A stretch of 64,000 bases of DNA, from contig CAIMNJ010000018.1 in NCBI GenBank assembly GCA_903842795.1, forward strand, positions 3,246 through 67,245, read 5' to 3'. The translations under genes were made by a program, and so were the position numbers. This document shows positions 18,779 through 26,435 of this stretch, piece by piece. Position 1 is the first letter of the stretch, and the number at the start of each line of letters is the position of its first letter. The notes under the pieces were generated by a model, which made no database searches, was not told the DNA's origin, and saw only the letters and a program-made list of their open reading frames with translations. This DNA is from an uncultured bacterium (GTDB taxonomy: Bacteria > Patescibacteriota > Microgenomatia > UBA1400 > PJMF01).

Positions 18779-19201
18779 ATGCAATGGTTTATCTTCGCTT
18801 TGCTTTCCGCAGCCTTTGCTGCCCTCACATCAATTCTGGCCAAAATTGGCATTAAAGATATTAATTCCAATCTGGCAACCGCCATTCGTACTAGCGTCAT
18901 CTTAATCTTTACTTGGGGAATTGTGATTGGTCAAAAAAATCTTCACCAAATTGCCAATATCAGTAAGCATTCTCTGCTATTCTTAGTTCTTTCTGGAATT
19001 GCCACTGGCTTGTCATGGCTTTTTTACTTCAGAGCTCTACAAATTGGTGAAGCCAGCAAAGTCGTGCCAATCGATAAGCTTAGCCTGATTATCACCATGG
19101 TTTTTGCAGCTATTTTTCTCAAAGAACAATTTACTATTTACAGCGCCATTGGTGCCGTTATGATGACAGCAGGAGCATTAATTATTGCTTTTGCGAAGTA
19201 G
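18779..19201 (+). CDS. EamA/DMT-superfamily small membrane protein (4 TM)
   Basis: 140 aa with four hydrophobic helices. The EamA-like pattern includes WLFYFRALQIGEASKVVPIDKLSL. Confidence 0.55.
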   Translation: MQWFIFALLSAAFAALTSILAKIGIKDINSNLATAIRTSVILIFTWGIVIGQKNLHQIANISKHSLLFLVLSGIATGLSWLFYFRALQIGEASKVVPIDKLSLIITMVFAAIFLKEQFTIYSAIGAVMMTAGALIIAFAK

Positions 19202-19212
19202 AAAGGAAGAAT

Positions 19213-19557
19213 ATGATTGGAAATATACCAGAAATTATTGGAGAAATAGACCAAGAAACCGCACAAAATAAACTTGAAGATTGCATAAAAGCGAGAGACG
19301 CGATTATAGATGAATTAATTGATCGTGCAGATGAATTGCCAAATAACTTGCTTATTTTTAGCTGTGGTATCAACGATAAAAATGATCCACATTTTTGGTT
19401 GGAAATTCACTTGGCTGGTGGTCAAATCTTAGTCTGGGATCAAACCAAACAAAAACTACCAGAAAATTTAACTTCCCTTGAAGAAGCTCAAGAAAAATGG
19501 AGTAAATATGCTAAACCTGATCAAAGAATACAAATTATTCCACTCAGAGAAGAGTAA
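19213..19557 (+). CDS. Hypothetical protein
   Basis: ORF with RBS-like AGGAAGAA upstream. No recognisable motif. Confidence 0.35.
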   Translation: MIGNIPEIIGEIDQETAQNKLEDCIKARDAIIDELIDRADELPNNLLIFSCGINDKNDPHFWLEIHLAGGQILVWDQTKQKLPENLTSLEEAQEKWSKYAKPDQRIQIIPLREE

Positions 19558-19562
19558 AAAAA

Positions 19563-20675
19563 TCAAACCACCTTCTCCCAACTAAAGCCTTCTCTGCCAA
19601 AATGGCCATAAGCTGCTGTCTTGGCAAAAATTGGTTTACGAAGATCGAGTTTTTCAATGATGTTTCTGACTGACATATCCAGCAAACTAAAAGCATAGGC
19701 TTTGATTTCTTCTTCATTAACTTTGGCTGTCCCAAAAGTTTTGATGTTAAAAGAAACTGGCTTGGCTTGGCCAATCACATAGCCAACTTGTAATTCGCAA
19801 CGATCTGCCAAACCTTTGGCTACAATATTTTTAGCCAAAAAACGGCAAGCATAGGCAGCAGAGCGATCAACTTTACTTGGATCTTTACCAGAAAAACAAC
19901 CTCCACCATGGCGGCCCATGCCGCCATAAGTATCAACAATGATTTTACGTCCAGTTACGCCAGTATCTGAGGCTGGGCCGCCAATCTCCCAAGCTCCAGT
20001 GCCATTGATTATCAATTTCACTTCATCTCTATTTAAAACTTGCTTGGGTAAATATTTGGCCACAGCTGGTACAACCACTTCTGTCCACAAATCTTTTTCC
20101 AATTGCTCTTTACTGATTTTTGGATCGTGGGGAACAGCAAGAATAATTGTTGAAACTTTCTGTGGTACGCCCTCGGCATAATCGATCACTGCCTGAGCTT
20201 TGCCATCTGGACGTAAATAAGCAATCTTGCCACTCTCACGTGCCTCATCCATATTTCTCACAAATTGATGAGCCAACATTAATGGCATTGGCATTAATTC
20301 TGGGGTTTCGTTACAAGCAAAACCAAACATAATTCCCTGATCACCAGCACCACCGTCATCTACACCGATAGAAATATCGGCTGATTGATGGTGAATATAA
20401 ATCTCAACATCTGCCTGATCAGAAAAACCCCAGTCAGGATTGGTGTAACCAAGCTTCTTGATAGTTTGGCGAGCAATTTTTTCGTAATCAATTTTTTTGG
20501 CACAAGTAATTTCACCGGCTAAAACAACTTTATTAGTGGTCACTAAAGTTTCTACCGCCACACGACTTTTTGGGTCAGCGGCTAAACAAGCATCAACAAT
20601 GCTGTCAGAAATTTGATCACAAATTTTATCAGGATGACCAGCAGCTACTGATTCTGAAGTAAATTGGTCAAACAT
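19563..20675 (-). CDS. metK: S-adenosylmethionine synthetase
   Basis: GHPDKICDQISD, GAGDQGIMFGFA and GGGCFSGKDPSKVDRSAAYACR signatures. Size 370 aa. Confidence 0.95.
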   Translation of the reverse strand: MFDQFTSESVAAGHPDKICDQISDSIVDACLAADPKSRVAVETLVTTNKVVLAGEITCAKKIDYEKIARQTIKKLGYTNPDWGFSDQADVEIYIHHQSADISIGVDDGGAGDQGIMFGFACNETPELMPMPLMLAHQFVRNMDEARESGKIAYLRPDGKAQAVIDYAEGVPQKVSTIILAVPHDPKISKEQLEKDLWTEVVVPAVAKYLPKQVLNRDEVKLIINGTGAWEIGGPASDTGVTGRKIIVDTYGGMGRHGGGCFSGKDPSKVDRSAAYACRFLAKNIVAKGLADRCELQVGYVIGQAKPVSFNIKTFGTAKVNEEEIKAYAFSLLDMSVRNIIEKLDLRKPIFAKTAAYGHFGREGFSWEKVV

Positions 20676-20729
20676 ATTTTCCCCTCTTGAGCCTACGACT
20701 CAAATTAGATTAACCTGATTAATAATTGG

Positions 20730-20890
20730 GGAGAAATAAAAAAACACTCCGCAGAAGAGTGTTTGAATTTTTCTCAAACGAGCGAATCTCCCTCTTGCGA
20801 GCTAGAGTTAGCACCGTGCCTCCTTACAAGGTCGGTTGTTGAATGGGTCAGCGGGCTAGTTCCCTCACCATTTCTCTTGATTTAAGTTGT
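20730..20890 (-). promoter_or_regulatory. SAM-I (S-box) riboswitch aptamer plus intrinsic terminator in the metK 5' leader
   Basis: The minus-strand RNA reads ...AUCAAGAGAAAUGGUGAGGGAACUAGCCCGCUGACCCAUUCAACAACC...GGUGCUAACUC..., which matches the SAM-I core (AGAG..GG.GAGGGA..GCCC..UGA..CC..CAACC...GGUGCUAA). It is followed by the hairpin ACACUC-UUCUGCG-GAGUGU and UUUUUUUAUUU at 20730-20764. The SD GAGGGG and the metK ATG lie downstream. Confidence 0.75.
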
Positions 20891-20925
20891 TAATCTAAAG
20901 GTTAGTATACAAAGGAAGAGCAATT

Positions 20926-22602
20926 TTGTCTAGATTTTTTGCTAAAATAGAGTTGATGAAAAATAAATTGATTTTGCTTTTTATTTTGTTCTTAGCAGCT
21001 TTTCTGCGTTTTTATAATTTGGAAAATTTACCAATTAATGCTCACACCGACGAAATTACCAATACTTATGTTGGTCGTTTCATTTGGCAAAATGCTGTAG
21101 ATCTCTATGGCAACAAATGGCCAATTTTATATTTTGATAAATTTGGAGATTATCCAAATGTTATTCCCATGTATCTTTCTGGATTGACCACTTATGTTTT
21201 TGGCTTTAATAAACTAGCCATGAGATTTCCGATCGCTTTGTTTGGTGTTTTGGCGGTTTATTTAATTTATCTGCTTGGCAAAGCAATTTTTAAATCAGAA
21301 AAAATGGCGTTATTTAGTGCTTTCACTCTTGCCATTTTTCCATGGCACATTGTCTTGTCACGAGCTACAGCTGAGGGTGTCACCGCAATGGCTGTTTTTG
21401 CCTTGGGTTTCTATTTATTGATTCAAGGAATAGAAAAAAATAGAGTTTTATTACTAATTTCGTCATTTTTAATCTTACTTGGCACCTATCTTTTTTATGC
21501 TTCTTATAGAATTCTCATTCCATTGTTTTTATTGCCTACTTTTTTGCTTGCTTCGCAAAGAAAAACCAAAACATTATTAATTATTTTTGCGATTATTAGC
21601 ATCATCCTCACCGGATTAATTAGCCAAACCAATTGGGGCAAAGGGCGTTTCAAACAAACCAGCATTTTTAGCCCCACCAGTTTGGTTTATCCAATGCAAG
21701 GAGAATTTCTGGCTGAAGAAGGTCAAAGCAATGTCCTAAAATCCAAAATTTTCTTCAACAAACCCTTGATGTTTACCAGAGAATTTATCAAACAATATTT
21801 AAAATATTTTTCTCCTGAATTCTTATTCTCCATGGGTGGTTTGCCAAAAAGATATCAAGTTCCAGAACAAGGCTTGTGGTACTACTCTTATTTGCTTTTA
21901 TTCATTTCTCTCATCATTCTTGGAAAGAAAACGATAAATTTGGAAAAATCTAAAAATAAATATTTGATCTTCTTATTATATTTGTTGGCCATAATTCCAA
22001 TTCCTGGAGCTCTGACTATCGATGATGCACCAAATTTACATCGCACTGCTTTGATGGCATTTACATTAAGTCTTTTAGCCAGCATCCCTTTCATTACACT
22101 ACAAAATCTGAAGTGGAAAAAAATCAATTTTAATTGGCTTTTGTTTTTGATGATGGGCTTAGAAACAATTTATTTTTGGAATAAATATGCAATGCACGCT
22201 GATAAATATAATGAGCTTGATCGTAATAAAGGCTATGATAATTTGGCAAAATTTTTGCTAGATAAAAAGGATCAGTACCAGCAAATCTTTGTTGAAAGAA
22301 ACGGAGAAATTGCTATTTATTATCTTTTCTACAGTCATAATTTTGACAAAAATCTAAGCAAGCAATTTGGCTTTGATTTGAGATTGGAAAAAGTAGATAA
22401 CATTAGTTTTACCGATTATGAATGTGTCTATCCTGGCAATTATCCAGATAGTAAACAATTTAAGGATTCGCTTTTTATTTTTAGCACCAGTTGCAATGAA
22501 AGATTAAATAAGTATTTCTCTTTGCACCCTGAATTCAAAAAGGTTGAAGAAATTCACAGTAGTTCTGGCAGTGAAATGTTTGAGGTATATTTATTGAATT
22601 AG
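20926..22602 (+). CDS. GT-C fold membrane glycosyltransferase (PMT/ArnT family-like)
   Basis: Multi-TM protein with an AHTDEIT (DE) loop motif after TM1 and a hydrophilic C-terminal region. The start may be the Met at 20956. Confidence 0.55.
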   Translation: MSRFFAKIELMKNKLILLFILFLAAFLRFYNLENLPINAHTDEITNTYVGRFIWQNAVDLYGNKWPILYFDKFGDYPNVIPMYLSGLTTYVFGFNKLAMRFPIALFGVLAVYLIYLLGKAIFKSEKMALFSAFTLAIFPWHIVLSRATAEGVTAMAVFALGFYLLIQGIEKNRVLLLISSFLILLGTYLFYASYRILIPLFLLPTFLLASQRKTKTLLIIFAIISIILTGLISQTNWGKGRFKQTSIFSPTSLVYPMQGEFLAEEGQSNVLKSKIFFNKPLMFTREFIKQYLKYFSPEFLFSMGGLPKRYQVPEQGLWYYSYLLLFISLIILGKKTINLEKSKNKYLIFLLYLLAIIPIPGALTIDDAPNLHRTALMAFTLSLLASIPFITLQNLKWKKINFNWLLFLMMGLETIYFWNKYAMHADKYNELDRNKGYDNLAKFLLDKKDQYQQIFVERNGEIAIYYLFYSHNFDKNLSKQFGFDLRLEKVDNISFTDYECVYPGNYPDSKQFKDSLFIFSTSCNERLNKYFSLHPEFKKVEEIHSSSGSEMFEVYLLN

Positions 22603-22619
22603 TTCCATTGACTTATGCT

Positions 22620-22649
22620 TATACATATTCTAAAATTCGAATATGTATA
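22620..22649. promoter_or_regulatory. Perfect 11-bp inverted repeat (TATACATATTC-N8-GAATATGTATA) overlapping the start codon of the ArsR-YHS regulator; candidate operator
   Basis: Read directly from the sequence. The right arm contains the ATG at 22643. Confidence 0.45.
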
Positions 22650-23137
22650 GCAAGACTTTTGCCATCTATGCTGATACTCTCAAGGCATTAGCTCACCCTC
22701 GCCGTCTAGAGATAATCTACTTACTCAAAGATCAAGAGATGTGTGTTGGAGAAATATATTCAATGCTTGATTTGCCTCAAGCCAATGTTAGTCAACATCT
22801 AATGATTTTGAGAGAAGCTAAATTAGTCAAAGCTAGCAAAAAGGGCAAAACCATTTCTTACAAACTTGCTCACAAAAATATCTTCCAAGCTTGCTCATTA
22901 ATTAGAGATTTTTTAATTGAAGAAAATCAAGAAGATAATGATTTGAAACAACTAAAAAATTCCATCGACACACTTTTGCCAATCACTCATGATCCAATTT
23001 GCCAAATGCGCGTTTCCAGTAAAACTGCAAATTATCATTTTAAATACAACGGTCAAAACTATTATTTTTGTGCTTCAGGTTGCCTGAAAAAATTCAAGGA
23101 AAATCCAAGTAAATATATTAAGGAATCAAACTTATGA
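22643..23137 (+). CDS. ArsR/SmtB-family HTH regulator fused to a C-terminal YHS (TRASH-like) metal-binding domain
   Basis: N-terminus HPRRLEIIYLL...ANVSQHLMILREAKLV is an ArsR wHTH. C-terminus HDPICQMRVS...YYFCASGCLKKFKENPSKY is YHS-like. The stop overlaps the next start (ATGA). Confidence 0.75.
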   Translation: MYSKTFAIYADTLKALAHPRRLEIIYLLKDQEMCVGEIYSMLDLPQANVSQHLMILREAKLVKASKKGKTISYKLAHKNIFQACSLIRDFLIEENQEDNDLKQLKNSIDTLLPITHDPICQMRVSSKTANYHFKYNGQNYYFCASGCLKKFKENPSKYIKESNL

Positions 23138-24213
23138 ACCTATGGACAATTCTCTTTACTGGTCTAACTACTGGCGGTGTTTCTTGCGCCGCAGTACAAG
23201 GTGGATTGCTAGCTAGCATTATTGCCAATCAAAAAAAACAAGAAATTGAAGAAAAAGAAAAACAAAACAAAAAGACCAATCAAGAAACTTTGACCAAAAT
23301 TGATCAATTAGATTGGCTGCCTGTCGCCATGTTTCTAAGCAGCAAATTTATCACTCACGTAATTTTGGGATTTTTACTTGGTGGATTGGGAGCAGTCTTT
23401 GCTCTCAACCAAGGCACAAAAGTTGCCTTACAAATCTTCACCGCTTTATTCATGTTCGCCACAGCCATGAACTTCTTAGATGTCCACCCAATCTTTCGTC
23501 ATTTAGCTTTTCAGCCGCCAAAATTTTTAAGAAAAATTGTCAAGAATTCAACCAAAAACCAAGCCATCTTTGCTCCAGCTGTATTGGGACTTTTCAGTAT
23601 TTTTATTCCCTGTGGCGTCACCCAAAGCATGGAAGTCCTAGCTATTGGCAGTGGCAGTGCTATTCAAGGTGCATTGATTATGGGTACTTTTGTCATTGGC
23701 ACTTCGCCACTTTTTGCTTTACTTGGAATTGTGACTGCCAAACTTACAGAAACATGGCGAGAAATTTTTAATAAAACCGCCGCCGCCATTTTGATTGCCT
23801 TGGCTATTTATAGTTTCAATGCTGCCTTAATTGTTCTCAACTCACCCATCACCATTGGCAAAATGACCAATGCAGTCACTTGGTTCTTTTCTGATGAAAG
23901 ATTTGCGCAAAAAACAGTAGAAAATCAAGCTATCAAACAAGTTGGCAACTTGCAAAAAGTGACAATAGAAATCAAAAATAGCGGTTATGTACCCAAATAT
24001 TTCAAAGTCAAAAAAGACGTTCCAGTTGAGTTGACTGTCGCTAATGGAGGAACATACTCTTGTGCTTCAGACTTTGTCTTCAATGAGTTTAAAATTGAAG
24101 GTTTCGTCAAAGCTGGTTCTAGCAAAATATTTAATTTTACCCCTACAGAAAAAGGCAAATTCATTTTTTCCTGTTCGATGGGTATGTACACTGGTATTAT
24201 GGAAGTAATTTAA
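23134..24213 (+). CDS. Integral membrane permease (two conserved Cys in TM segments) with C-terminal cupredoxin-like domain
   Basis: About six TM helices including GGVSCAAVQGG and IPCGVTQ. The C-terminal roughly 100 aa (VTIEIKNSGYVP...TYSCASDF...FIFSCSMGMYTGIMEVI) resembles the cupredoxin_1 fold, with Cys/Met in place of the usual His ligands. Confidence 0.5.
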   Translation: MNLWTILFTGLTTGGVSCAAVQGGLLASIIANQKKQEIEEKEKQNKKTNQETLTKIDQLDWLPVAMFLSSKFITHVILGFLLGGLGAVFALNQGTKVALQIFTALFMFATAMNFLDVHPIFRHLAFQPPKFLRKIVKNSTKNQAIFAPAVLGLFSIFIPCGVTQSMEVLAIGSGSAIQGALIMGTFVIGTSPLFALLGIVTAKLTETWREIFNKTAAAILIALAIYSFNAALIVLNSPITIGKMTNAVTWFFSDERFAQKTVENQAIKQVGNLQKVTIEIKNSGYVPKYFKVKKDVPVELTVANGGTYSCASDFVFNEFKIEGFVKAGSSKIFNFTPTEKGKFIFSCSMGMYTGIMEVI

Positions 24214-24228
24214 TAAAATAAAGGACAT

Positions 24229-24471
24229 ATGTTTAATTTATTTAAGAAAAAAACCATACAAGGAACCAAGGCCATTTTTAAATTGTCTGGTCTACATTGC
24301 AGTAGCTGCGCTTTATCAATTGACAATACTTTGGAAGAAATTGACGGCGTCATTGAAACCAAAACCAATTACGCCAAAGCAGAAGCAATTGTTTACTTTG
24401 ACTCAAAAAAAACCAGTCCAGAAGCCCTCAAGAAGGCCATTATTGGCGCTGGCTACCAGGTTTTGGATTAG
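24229..24471 (+). CDS. copZ: Heavy-metal-associated (HMA) domain copper chaperone
   Basis: GLHCSSCA (the GMxCxxC-type metal-binding loop) in an 80-aa ferredoxin-like protein. Confidence 0.8.
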   Translation: MFNLFKKKTIQGTKAIFKLSGLHCSSCALSIDNTLEEIDGVIETKTNYAKAEAIVYFDSKKTSPEALKKAIIGAGYQVLD

Positions 24472-24496
24472 GACTATCTAATTAGCCAATTAAAGC

Positions 24497-24541
24497 TATA
24501 ATATCCTCTAGTATTAATTGTCTTGAGCCTTCAAGCTCAAG
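24497..24541 (+). promoter_or_regulatory. Putative -10 element (TATAAT) and 5' UTR hairpin (CTTGAGC-N6-GCTCAAG) upstream of the RRM gene
   Basis: TATAAT at 24497-24502. Perfect 7-bp stem hairpin at 24522-24541. Confidence 0.3.
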
Positions 24542-24559
24542 AAAGAAGAGTCCATATTT

Positions 24560-24916
24560 ATGTCAGATCAAAATGACAACATGGAAAACAAGAAAAAGAT
24601 CTTCGTGGGTAATTTGCCTTTCAGCATGACCCAAGATGCTTTACAAAGCTTGTTTTCTGAATTTGGCGAAATTACCCAAGTCAGTTTAATCACTGATAGA
24701 ATGACCGGCCGTTCTAAGGGTTTCGCTTTTGTAGAATTTGCCGATGAAGCTGCTGCACAAGCTGCTATCGATAAGATGGCTGGTTTTGTAGTTGAAGAGA
24801 GAGAGTTGGTTGTTAATATCGCTCGACCTCGTGAGCCAAGAAACGATCGTTTCCCAAGAAGAGACAACCGTTCCTTCGGTGGTGGTAGACCACAAAATAG
24901 AGATCGCAGATATTAA
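24560..24916 (+). CDS. RRM-type RNA-binding protein with Arg/Gly-rich C-terminal tail
   Basis: RNP-2 IFVGNL and RNP-1 KGFAFVEF. C-terminal RNDRFPRRDNRSFGGGRPQNRDRRY. Confidence 0.85.
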   Translation: MSDQNDNMENKKKIFVGNLPFSMTQDALQSLFSEFGEITQVSLITDRMTGRSKGFAFVEFADEAAAQAAIDKMAGFVVEERELVVNIARPREPRNDRFPRRDNRSFGGGRPQNRDRRY

Positions 24917-24935
24917 TCTTTAGATCAAAATTTAG

Positions 24936-24965
24936 AAACGCCAGACTTCGGTCTGGCGTTTTTGT
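24936..24965 (+). terminator. Rho-independent terminator
   Basis: CGCCAGAC-TTCG-GTCTGGCG hairpin followed by TTTTTGTTT. Confidence 0.7.
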
Positions 24966-24993
24966 TTAATTTAGCTAATAATAAATTATCAAT

Positions 24994-25772
24994 ATGATAG
25001 ACCATCAAGCTGGCCTCAATCCAAGCTACGCGCAAAGAACCGGTGAAGACTGGGTTGTTGCCGATAGTGGCAAAAAACCAGAACCACGCGCACAAGAGCA
25101 ACCTATAATCAACAGTGTAATTGACGCTGCCAATAGAGCCTATCAACTCAGAGAGAGGGATAAAGAGACTATTAGTCATCTTAAGGAAGTTAGTCTTACG
25201 GACGATCTTACTGGTTGCTATAACACTCGTTATTTTATTAGATATGCTACTGAAGAATTTGATGTTAATCGTGATAATAATAGAATAGCCATAGTTAATA
25301 TCGATATTAATGGCTTAAAGCCAATTAACGATATTCTTGGACATGTTAAAGGTGATACCCTTCTTAATAATTTTGTTGCCTATATGAGATCTCAACTGAG
25401 AAAAGGAGACATTTTGGTTAGAATTGGAGGGGACGAATTTTTGATAATTTGTGAAAATAACAACAATGATCACGATTTTGAAAAAAATCTACAAAAAAGA
25501 ATGGATCAAATTAGTAACAATGCCCCCAAGTCATCTATTCCTGAAGAAAATATTAGTTTTGCTCACTGAGTAACCGTTTTTAGAAAACAAAATCAAAGGG
25601 ACCTGTACGATACTAGAGCAATTTCTGACGCTCTTATGTATCAGCGCAAAAGAGAGATGAAAGGTCTAAAAAAGACTGAAGAATTCATTAGTAAAGAAAT
25701 TGACATTATTCCTACCAGCGCAATTATTAGAATAATTAAAGAAAAAATCAGATCATTATTTAAGGGTGAATA
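24994..25772 (+). pseudogene. GGDEF-domain (diguanylate cyclase-like) gene interrupted by an in-frame TGA at 25567-25569
   Basis: Upstream part: DDLTGCYNTRYF...RIGGDEFLIIC. Same frame after the TGA: ...RAISDALMYQRKREMKG..., which is the usual GGDEF C-terminus. No frameshift is needed, only the single stop. Confidence 0.55.
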
Positions 25773-25826
25773 AACAAAAAAATAATAATTTTTCTGATAT
25801 AATTTGACAGTTCTTAAAAAACAAAT

Positions 25827-25909
25827 GGAGGTGTCGCATAGTGGTCAATTGCACACGCTTGGAAAGCGTGAGCCTTACGGCTTCACGGGTTCGAATCCTG
25901 TCACCTCCG
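25827..25909 (+). tRNA. tRNA-Ser (anticodon GGA), type II
   Basis: Acceptor GGAGGTG/CACCTCC; anticodon stem CACGC/GCGTG with loop TTGGAAA; variable arm GCC-TTAC-GGC; T-loop TTCGAAT; discriminator G. Confidence 0.85.
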
Positions 25910-26054
25910 CATTAGCAAGCAATTTAGCGTAGCTAGAATTGATTGATAATGAGGATGGGTGAAAAGGATTATTTTAAATCCTGCCACCAAGTGCAAGCGA
26001 TTAGCGAAGCACCTGGGTAATACCCGCAGGGTGAGTCACCTCCGCACATAAATT

Positions 26055-26390
26055 TTAATGTTTACGTGGTGACTGGTAACCCTCCACTTCACCAACAATT
26101 TTAATTACAATTGGCGCGTTCTGTTTAAACTTTTTGTGTCCCAATAGACTTTTCATAAAATCAACAATATCTTGCAAAGTAAATGGTTCTCGACCAGTAC
26201 TTTCATAACCCTTGAAAACACTACCCATGTAACCATTTTGTTGAGGCAAATCATCGCGAAAAGCTTCCATCACATTAGCTCCGCTATCACAATATTGTTC
26301 AACAATCACATTCATTCCTGCTGGAGAATCAACTCCAATAATATTGGGAGGAATAAAACAACTTCTTTTTTTCTCACTCATAAACAGCAC
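26055..26390 (-). CDS. Hypothetical protein (111 aa), last gene of the purine interconversion operon
   Basis: ORF co-directional with the upstream genes and 45 bp away. No recognised motif. Confidence 0.4.
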   Translation of the reverse strand: MLFMSEKKRSCFIPPNIIGVDSPAGMNVIVEQYCDSGANVMEAFRDDLPQQNGYMGSVFKGYESTGREPFTLQDIVDFMKSLLGHKKFKQNAPIVIKIVGEVEGYQSPRKH

Positions 26391-26435
26391 TTTTATAGTA
26401 GTGCTAAAAGAGGAGAAAAAACAATGAGCAAAATA

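Noticed and set aside
25567-25569. UGA reassigned to glycine (genetic code 25) as the explanation for the in-frame TGA in the GGDEF gene
   Set aside because: An intact RF2 (the UGA-decoding release factor) is encoded at 89-1144. TGA ends the ArsR-YHS gene and sits at the GT2/REC overlap junction. Code 11 fits the window.
25910-26046. tmRNA or a second tRNA downstream of tRNA-Ser(GGA)
   Set aside because: Only the last 11 nt of an acceptor or T-arm are present. No D, anticodon or T-loop (TTCGAAT) structure can be drawn, and there is no tRNA-Ala-like end.
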